DNA of 63,098 bases, the filler included, from Candidatus Tectimicrobiota bacterium (lineage in GTDB: Bacteria > JACPSX01): NCBI GenBank assembly GCA_016193065.1. It is 6 parts of 6 records of this genome, joined end to end, with 100 filler letters (N's around TTAATTAATTAA, not from the genome) between each part and the next. Parts side by side here need not be neighbours in the genome. Positions count along the whole stretch, not along the records: positions 41,102 to 50,183 come from JACPSX010000056.1; positions 50,284 to 55,645 come from JACPSX010000212.1; positions 55,746 to 63,098 come from JACPSX010000057.1; 3 more parts are not named here. One strand, 5' to 3'. The notes below the pieces were generated by a model. The model did not search any database and was not told the DNA's origin. It worked only from the letters and a program-made list of their open reading frames with translations. This document shows positions 49,339-56,711 of this stretch, in pieces. The position numbers and the translations under genes are program-made. Position 1 is the stretch's first letter, and every line of letters begins with the position of its first letter.

Positions 49339-50183
49339 ATGAGCATCATCCACGAGGCGCTAAAAAAGCTGGAGCGGCAGGGCACCCAACCGGACCCGTT
49401 CTTGCCGGCCTTGAGAGATTCCTCAAATCAAGCCGGTGATGTGCGGCGCGGGTGGAATGGGAGAACGTGGATGCTGGCTGTCCTGCTCCTGCTGAGCTTT
49501 ATCGGCGGTGGCCTGTGGGCGACACTGAAGCCTGAACAATCCCCGTTGCCGGGCGAGGCTATGACGGCATCCTCACCTGTGGTCCCTCCGCCGCAGGCGG
49601 TATCCCCCCTCACCCCGCCCCTCTCCACGCCCAAAGGGCACCCGGGGTACCCGGGGGAGAGGGTAAGTGAGGAGGATGCGCTCCTTCCCTCCAGAGAGAA
49701 GGTAGGCGAGGGGGCGTTGCCCTCTCGCTCCAGAGAGAGGGTAGGGGAAAGGGAGTTGTCCTCTCCCTCCACGGAGAGGGGAGAAAAAATGGTTTCCCCC
49801 TCCGGGGAGAAAGTGGAGTCAGGGACTTCTGCCTCGGCCGGGAGGACTCCGGGAACCGGGGGACAAAAAGCAAAGGCAAGAGGAGGGAGCGGAGGGATCG
49901 TGTCTGAAGCGCCGCAGCGGGTCCACGTCCCCACGGTTGCCTTTTCGAGTCCACCCAAGTTGAAAATTCCCGTGTTGCCGAAGAAGGAGGAGGGGAACGT
50001 TCCGGAGCCCGGGAATGCGGAGGAATATTTTCGCCGGGGCGTTCAGCTCTGGAAGGAAAAGAACGTTCCCGAGGCGGCAAAAGCCTTCGAAAAAACTCTG
50101 GAGCTCAACCCGAAGCTCGCCGAAGCCGCCAACAACCTGGGGAACCTCTACTTTGAGCAGAACCTGTTCGAGAAAGCCATTGA
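49339..50183 (+). CDS. ExeB/GspB-like membrane protein with TPRs, 3'-partial
   Basis: MSIIHEALKKLE start typical of ExeA partners, one TM, Pro-rich linker, TPR (AFEKTLELNPKLAEAANNLG). Confidence 0.75.
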
Positions 50184-50283
50184 NNNNNNNNNNNNNNNNN
50201 NNNNNNNNNNNNNNNNNNNNNNNNNNNTTAATTAATTAANNNNNNNNNNNNNNNNNNNNNNNNNNNNNNNNNNNNNNNNNNNN
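50184..50283. other. Assembly linker
   Basis: N-run with TTAATTAATTAA. Confidence 0.99.
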
Positions 50284-50364
50284 AAGCCCTTTACAGAGTT
50301 TTTTGGCGGAAGGAGGAAGGAAGTTTGTTAAAGTGGGAAGATCACGCTGCCGCGAAGCGGCTTA

Positions 50365-50424
50365 CTTGAACAACAGGATGAACCTGACGGCGCTTCGCGC
50401 CGCACGTTATCCTGGGCATTGGGT
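50365..50424 (+). mobile_element. Degenerate integron attC site
   Basis: CTTGAAC-AACAG-GATGAACC-TGACGGCGCTTCGCGCCGCA-CGTTATC-CTGGGC-ATTGGGT; 5/6-nt spacers, 60 bp. Confidence 0.65.
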
Positions 50425-50464
50425 CAAAGTTCCGTGAATTGTGCTCATGTAGATTAAAAGTGAG

Positions 50465-50704
50465 GCCCTGCAGGGCAAATACGACTGCGTGCTCTCCCCG
50501 TACCACGACCAGGGGCATATCGCGGCCAAGACCCTCGACTTTGACGGAAGCGTTGCGGTCACCCTGGGCCTGCCGGTTCTGCGCACCTCGGTGGATCACG
50601 GCACCGCGTTCGACGTTGCCTGGCAAGGAGTGGCCAGCCCCAGGAGCATGATCGAGGCGATCAAGGTGGCCGCTCGACTGGCCCGCAAGCACCGGAAAGA
50701 CTAG
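50465..50704 (+). pseudogene. pdxA: C-terminal fragment of a PdxA-family dehydrogenase
   Basis: [26 protein letters not shown]; in-frame stop immediately upstream and most of the protein absent. Confidence 0.85.
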
Positions 50705-50729
50705 TCCCCGCAGGCGACCGAACAGATCC

Positions 50730-51860
50730 TCAGCGGCGCGCCCGCATCCAGTTCCAAAAGCCGCTGGGACGGGTGGCGATGCCGTGGATGTCCGAGTTCT
50801 CGCCCTCGGCGCGCACCTTGGCCACTACTCGCCACGTTTGCGTGTCCAACACGGCGAAGCCGCTCTCGCTTCCCGCCACCACGTGCGGATCGCCCGTGAC
50901 CGGCTTGCCCCGCCGGCTGACGAAGGCGTAGCGGCCGCTGGGGCTCAAGTCAAACAGGTCCGGACGGCTCCCTACCGGCACCGTGCGCAGGCGCTCGTGC
51001 GTCCGGGCGTCCAGCACATCCACCGAGTCCCCCTGGCGCACCGCCAGCAGGATGTACTTCCCGTCCGGGGTCGGCATGAAGCCGTGGCCGTCCTTCCCGC
51101 TGGGCTGAATCTTCCTCACAATCTGGCCCGTCTTTGCATCGGCTACGGTGAACTGGGTGGGGGAACTGGCGTAGAGCCAGCGCTCGTCATAGCTGGGCAC
51201 GACGGCGCACCCGTCCCGACCGATGGGCTGGATCACTTTGGTCACGTGGCCCCCCTTGGCGTCCACCACGGTGACGGTGCCAGCCTGGTCCGGGGGCGCG
51301 TTTGCGGGCCCGCCGGTGACCACCCAGAAGGTGCTATCGTCCCGGGACCAGAAAGCGCACGACGGGCGGGGATCAGTGGGAATGGTCCGGCCCTTCGTAT
51401 AGGTGTCCCCCTGCGCCACGACCTCGACGAGGTTGTTATCCCCCACGTTGGCCACCCAGATCCGGGAGCCATCCCACGAGGGGGTGGCCGCGTGGGCCGT
51501 GCGGCCGGTGGGGATTCGTGTGACCACCTTCCTTTGCTCCGCGTCCACCACGAACATGCCGCCAGCGCGCACCCCGGCCACGTAGGCCCGCTTGTAGCCC
51601 GGGCCGAACAGGAGGATATGGGGCGCCACCGTAGGCTGCGGGCCCGGCGGCGCCAGGATGATCTCGCCCGACTTACTGATCCGCACCTCCCCGTCCCCTT
51701 CGGTCGCCGTGTAAATAATGACCTTGTCGTACCCTTGATCAGGGATCCAGACCTCGTAGCTCTTCGGGGCGCCGACGCCGTAGCCTCCCAGGCCGGCGCA
51801 CGCCGTCACCAGAGCCGCCGCAGCCACCGCCAACACCACCCCCCACACCCAGCTATGCAT
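50730..51860 (-). CDS. YncE/YVTN-like beta-propeller lipoprotein
   Basis: LVTAC lipobox; blades VVTRIPTGRTAH..TPSWDG.RIWVAN and VPVGSRP...SPSGRYAFV; RBS GAGGAGG. Confidence 0.8.
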   Translation of the reverse strand: MHSWVWGVVLAVAAAALVTACAGLGGYGVGAPKSYEVWIPDQGYDKVIIYTATEGDGEVRISKSGEIILAPPGPQPTVAPHILLFGPGYKRAYVAGVRAGGMFVVDAEQRKVVTRIPTGRTAHAATPSWDGSRIWVANVGDNNLVEVVAQGDTYTKGRTIPTDPRPSCAFWSRDDSTFWVVTGGPANAPPDQAGTVTVVDAKGGHVTKVIQPIGRDGCAVVPSYDERWLYASSPTQFTVADAKTGQIVRKIQPSGKDGHGFMPTPDGKYILLAVRQGDSVDVLDARTHERLRTVPVGSRPDLFDLSPSGRYAFVSRRGKPVTGDPHVVAGSESGFAVLDTQTWRVVAKVRAEGENSDIHGIATRPSGFWNWMRARR

Positions 51861-51882
51861 GGCCCCCCCTCCTCGACATGAG

Positions 51883-52458
51883 TTAAATGAACATGGACAC
51901 CTTGGCGCTTGCTGCATAGTCCAGGAAGGCCGCGGCGCCCGCGCACTGCACTCCGTCGATTAGCTCGGCTTGGCTGATGCCCATCAGCCCCATCGTGGTT
52001 GTTCAGGCAAAGAGCGAGACCTTCAACTCCTTCGCGATATCCATCAGCTCGGGGATCGTGGGGAGCTTCGCCCGGGCAATCCACGTCTTCATCATCGTCG
52101 TGGCCATGGCCGTCATCCCCGGCAGCGCTCCCACGAGGTTCGGGACCTTCATCCAGGGCAGAGACTGGAGCGGCGGCGGCATTGCCGGGTTTCCCACCGG
52201 TCCCACCTTGAGCTTCCCGATGCGGTCCCGGTGCAGGATGTCCATGCCGTAAAAGGTGAAAAAGACGCCCACCTCCCAGCCCAGGCTGCCGGCCGTGGTG
52301 GCCAGGATCAAGGGCGGGTAGGCCATGTCCAGCGTCCCTTTGGAAGCCACGAGAGCCATTCGGCTCGGCCGGCTGTCCCTGTCGGCGAGATCCTTGAACC
52401 GGCGGGCCACAACCTCGTCTACCCTCTGCTCGATGTACTGCTCCAATTCCGGGTTCAT
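51883..52458 (-). CDS. DsrE2/DsrE-family sulfur-relay protein with in-frame UGA (candidate Sec152)
   Basis: SKGTLDMAYPPLILA, FFTFYG; LFA-TGA-TTTMGLMGISQAELIDGVQCAGAAAFLDYA..A.VSMFI*; family similarity continues past the TGA at 52003-52005. Confidence 0.85.
51972..51989 (-). promoter_or_regulatory. Candidate bacterial SECIS hairpin
   Basis: GGCUGAU-GGGC-AUCAGCC starting 13 nt after the UGA; G-initiated 4-nt loop 20 nt from the UGA. Confidence 0.7.
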
Positions 52459-52493
52459 CGATCCCCTCTCTGCCTCTTCCAACCTCGCAGCCG

Positions 52494-52733
52494 TCACTTG
52501 TTCCGGCGCACGTAAAACGTGAAGACGCCGCCGGCCTCGTGGCTGGCCACCAGTTCTTGCCCGGTCTGCCTGGTCCACGCCTGCATGTCCGCCGGCGAGC
52601 CCGGGTCCGTGGCCTGCATCTCCAGAATCTGCCCCACCTGGATGGTTTGAATCGCCCTGGCGATCTTGATGACCGGCCCGGGGCACAGATCCCCCCTACA
52701 GTCCAGCACCGCGTCCGCCTTAACCGCGTCCAT
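52494..52733 (-). CDS. tusA: TusA-family sulfur carrier
   Basis: LDCRGDLCPGP, ATDPGS..DMQAW..TGQ. Confidence 0.92.
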   Translation of the reverse strand: MDAVKADAVLDCRGDLCPGPVIKIARAIQTIQVGQILEMQATDPGSPADMQAWTRQTGQELVASHEAGGVFTFYVRRNK

Positions 52734-53002
52734 GACCCCCTCGTGCGGGCCTGAGCCCGGAGCTTTCTAAGCCTCTAGACAACCGCGCCCCGAACGCTCC
52801 TGTCAGGCAAGGAATGTGTGAAGAACCCTGTTTTCTATAGTGTGAATAGTGCAATTACATTATAAGGGGGAGAGGCTTGTCTGTCACGCGAAAAGAGCAT
52901 GGCAAGATCGCGGAACAACACCGCCTGGCGACGCTACACCCGGGCCAGGCCGTAAGGCCGCTTGGGGACCTGGGGTGGACCCGGAGCCTTTCGATTCGGC
53001 CA

Positions 53003-53971
53003 TCAATGACGCTCAGGCGATCCCGAGTCCAGGCCCAGCAAGGCCCGGGCGTTCCCGCTCAGGATGGCCTCTGCATCACCGGCTGGAAGTCCAGCCTCCT
53101 CCACGTAAGTGACGCAGCGTTCGAGCTTGGGTCCAGACATATACGGAAAGTCGGTGCCCAGCACAAGATGGTCGGCGCCTATGGATTCCCGGGCACAGCG
53201 CAGCGCGGCGGGATGGGAGCTCACCGTGTCAAACCAGAAACGGCGCACGTAAGTGCTGGGTTTCCCCTCAATCCGTGCCGCACCACTGACGGCGGCTAGG
53301 AGATCCGCGACATCGTCCAACCGCTGCAGCAAAAACGGCAGCGTGCCCCCCAGGTGCGGCAGGAGAATCCGTATGTTGGGATAGCGCGCCATCGTGCCGG
53401 ATAATATCAGGCGGAGGGCCGCCACTGTATTCTCAAAGGGCGCGCCGATCAGCCAGTTCAATCCGTAATCGGCCGGGGCAAGCGCCCCGCCCACACCCAT
53501 TGGATGGAGGAATAGCACGGCCCGGCGACGATTAAGATCAGCAAAAAACGGGCCAAAGGCAGGGTCGTCCAGCGTCCTTTCGCCCACTGAGCAACCAACC
53601 GTCACACCCAACACCCCGGGTTTGTCGAGGCAGCGCTCGACCTCGGCAATGGCCTCCTCCACATGCGGCAGAGGAACTGTGGCAAAAGCGGCAAAGCGTC
53701 CCCTGTAACGATTGCATACCTCAACGTAAAGATCATTTCCCAGGCGGGCCGTCTCAACGGCCTCTGCCGCATTGACGAAATAGGGCACCAGCGCCCCTAG
53801 CGACAAAACCTGCAAGTCGATGCCGACTTTGTCGAGCACCGCCAGCCGCTCGTCCAAGGTAAGACGCGCGCCCGGGGCGCGGGCTATACTCCCGCGGGCC
53901 TCGGGCTTCTGGCGAGCGAAACAATCCACATATTCATTTGGATAGTAGTGGGCGTGAACGTCGATCCGCAT
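53003..53971 (-). CDS. Amidohydrolase-2 family protein (decarboxylase/hydratase-like)
   Basis: IDVHAH, FLHP, PHLGG.LPF, LGTDFPY. Confidence 0.88.
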   Translation of the reverse strand: MRIDVHAHYYPNEYVDCFARQKPEARGSIARAPGARLTLDERLAVLDKVGIDLQVLSLGALVPYFVNAAEAVETARLGNDLYVEVCNRYRGRFAAFATVPLPHVEEAIAEVERCLDKPGVLGVTVGCSVGERTLDDPAFGPFFADLNRRRAVLFLHPMGVGGALAPADYGLNWLIGAPFENTVAALRLILSGTMARYPNIRILLPHLGGTLPFLLQRLDDVADLLAAVSGAARIEGKPSTYVRRFWFDTVSSHPAALRCARESIGADHLVLGTDFPYMSGPKLERCVTYVEEAGLPAGDAEAILSGNARALLGLDSGSPERH

Positions 53972-54088
53972 TCCGGCCTCCTTCCCTGTCCCGAGTCATA
54001 CCCGCTCGGATGGTCTTGGCGCTGGACAACAACCCTCAAAAAGGTATCATAAAATGCCCAAAGAGAGACGGAGAAACAGGAGCGCAGC

Positions 54089-54721
54089 GTGGACCCGAAC
54101 GATTCCCCTTCTTCAGGACCTTCCGTCAGCGACCCGCGATTTTGGGAAGCTCTTTACCACAATGAGTCGGACCACTGGGAACTTGGCTCACCGGCTCCTC
54201 CCCTGGTCACCCATCTCAGGAAAGATCCGCCCCCGAAAGGGAAGGTTGCAGTCCTCGGCTGCGGGCGCGGCCACGACGCCCGGCTCTTTTCGAAGCTGGG
54301 CTATGAGGTCTGGGGATTTGATTTTTCCGAGACCGCGATCAACGAGGCCAGGAAGATCGGCGGGGATCAGGACGGGCGCCTCCGTTTCGAATGCCGGGAT
54401 ATTTTCAAGCTGTCCGAGATTTATCCTGCCTTCTTCGATGTGATCTGGGAGTACACCTGCTTTTGCGCGATCGATCCGAAGAGGCGCCCCGATTACGTCC
54501 AGACGGTTCTCCACCTCCTCAAGCATGGCGGCCATTTTCTGGCCAACTTCTGGCCCGTCCGGGAAGGAACGGAAGGGCCTCCATTCCCCGTCACCCGCAG
54601 CGAAATCGAGCGCCTCTTCGGTCCCTTTTTCTCCTTCCTCACCGCTTACGAGCCATCGAACTCGGTCCCCGGGCGCCAAGGCAAGGAGTGGTTCGTGTAC
54701 GCCCGCCCCGCCGATCATTGA
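54089..54721 (+). CDS. Thiopurine/thiol S-methyltransferase-like protein
   Basis: FW..LY....DHWELG.PAP, LGCGRGHD, EYTCFCAIDP..R..Y, GPPF. Confidence 0.85.
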   Translation: MDPNDSPSSGPSVSDPRFWEALYHNESDHWELGSPAPPLVTHLRKDPPPKGKVAVLGCGRGHDARLFSKLGYEVWGFDFSETAINEARKIGGDQDGRLRFECRDIFKLSEIYPAFFDVIWEYTCFCAIDPKRRPDYVQTVLHLLKHGGHFLANFWPVREGTEGPPFPVTRSEIERLFGPFFSFLTAYEPSNSVPGRQGKEWFVYARPADH

Positions 54722-54884
54722 ATCAGAGTTGGCAAGCCTTGGGCAGCCATAAGTGGATTACGCCCCCTATGGGGCAGTGTTTTGCGGCGATTGGTGAAGT
54801 GGAAGATGTCTTGACAACTCGTTAGAATGGCAAGAAAATCATGGTTGTTATGGGACACTTCAGCAACTGTGCTATACTGCCAAT

Positions 54885-55645
54885 ATGCTCAATAACCCCT
54901 TCTCGCCAATGGCTGAGATCGTTCTAGACAAAAGCTATCTGGACGGCGCACCTACCAGTTCTGTCCTGGCGCTTTGTGATCGGTTCGAGGTACTTCTGTC
55001 GGACGAACTCTTCTTTGAGATGATGACGACCGCGCCCCACAGTCAAAAGCGGTGCTTCTCTAAACTGCCCAACCGCGAGAATCCGGTGGGGCTCATTCCA
55101 AACGCTGGTTTTTTGCTGCGTTTCGAGAGAGAAAATCAACGCCAGTGCACTCCCCTTCGCCAGCATCGCTTCAACGATCGCTACATCTTCAACCAAAAGC
55201 TCCGGAAGGGTAGCTTTGTCTTCGAGGGTGAGGTGCTTGAGAACTTAAACAGATGGCGCTCTCAGGTTGAGGGTGACACAAAGAAGTTCGTCGACCGATG
55301 GCTGGTTGTGCATCAGTTCTTCCCCGAGCTCAATGGCATCGAGTGGAGGGACTTCCCGGCCGCAATCACAAAAGTTCGTCAGAAGATTGCTCTGGACTAT
55401 GACTTCGTCCGTGGACTCTACGCCTCTCTATTGCACGAGGACGCACCGCCACACGCGCCGGCTCCTGCCACAGTCGGCCCTCCTTGGGCTTGGTTCCGCT
55501 GGGTCCAATGTCAGGTGCTTGCGGCTCTGCGTATTTTCGAACGGTACGGGGGCCGTCTCCCGCAGAACCCCGGTCCCGAATTCTGGCGAAAGGCGGAGCA
55601 TTCCATGCTGGACGTCTACTACGTAATACTGGGCACCCTCGCAGG
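54885..55645 (+). CDS. Hypothetical protein, 3'-partial
   Basis: Long ORF open to the contig end; TGnTATACT upstream; start may be 54909. Confidence 0.65.
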
Positions 55646-55745
55646 NNNNNNNNNNNNNNNNNNNNNNNNNNNNNNNNNNNNNNNNNNNNTTAATTAATTA
55701 ANNNNNNNNNNNNNNNNNNNNNNNNNNNNNNNNNNNNNNNNNNNN
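55646..55745. other. Assembly linker
   Basis: N-run with TTAATTAATTAA. Confidence 0.99.
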
Positions 55746-56678
55746 CACCAGGGGGCGGAGATCACCTATCTGGAAATCCCCCAACTTGTCAGTCCGGGAT
55801 ACGTCCTTACCAAGGACTTTCTCCTGTTGGCGACGGACAAGGGGGGCCTGGTTCGATCTCTCGACATTGCGGCGGGAAAAGTGGCGCCCCTGGACAAAAA
55901 TGCGCGCTTTCTGGATGCCAAGCGCCAGCTTTCCGAGAAGAGCAACAGCCTTTTCTTTGTCGACGGGAACAAGGCTGCTGACGCCCTTGAGCGCGCCGTA
56001 TCCATGGTGAGCTCGCTGAACCCGGCATTGCAGAAAGCCCAGCAGGAGGGCTCGGGACCTTTACAGATTCTGGAACTCTTGCGGGTAGCTCCCCTGGCGG
56101 CTGGAGAGAGCGTGAACGAGAACAACCGGGTGACGAGTCGGCTTTTCGTGGCTCTGGCGGATGTCCCCAAGACTTCCAAGCCGGTTTCCGCTCCTCCCTC
56201 TGGGCTCCCGCCGGGGCTTTTGGCTTTGCTGAATCCCCAGGCTGCCCCTGCTGCCGAGGACAAGCCGGGCGAGCCCGCGACGGCCTCACCGGGTAAAGCA
56301 GGAGAAAAATCCGCTGGCCAGAGAGACCCCTTCCGGCCGGTGATCTTGCCCGAGAGGGTGCGCAAAGCTCAGGAACGTCCGGTAATCCCTCAGACCCCTT
56401 TGCAGCGCTATGACTTGGAGTCCCTGAAGCTCGTGGGGATCCTGTGGGGGGAATTGGGGAACAAAGCCTTGATCCAGGCTCCGGATGGAAAGGGTTACAC
56501 GGTCACGGCCAACACGCTGATCGGGTCCAGGGGTGGCGTGATCAAGGAAATTCAGGCCGACCGGATCATCGTGGAGGAAAGCCGCCAGGACGAGTTCGGC
56601 AAGTTCCATCCCGTCAACGTCACCGTTCCTCTAAGACGAGAGGGCGGTGCTGTGACCACCGCGCCGGCCAATCGTTAA
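55746..56678 (+). CDS. 5'-partial protein ending in a PilP domain
   Basis: RDPFRP...PLQRYDLESLKLVGILW....ALIQAPDGKGY.V.....IG...G.I; frame open from the contig edge. Confidence 0.8.
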   Translation, partial: HQGAEITYLEIPQLVSPGYVLTKDFLLLATDKGGLVRSLDIAAGKVAPLDKNARFLDAKRQLSEKSNSLFFVDGNKAADALERAVSMVSSLNPALQKAQQEGSGPLQILELLRVAPLAAGESVNENNRVTSRLFVALADVPKTSKPVSAPPSGLPPGLLALLNPQAAPAAEDKPGEPATASPGKAGEKSAGQRDPFRPVILPERVRKAQERPVIPQTPLQRYDLESLKLVGILWGELGNKALIQAPDGKGYTVTANTLIGSRGGVIKEIQADRIIVEESRQDEFGKFHPVNVTVPLRREGGAVTTAPANR

Positions 56679-56711
56679 CCCCGCGCCCTTGAACCTTCGG
56701 TTCTCCTGCGC

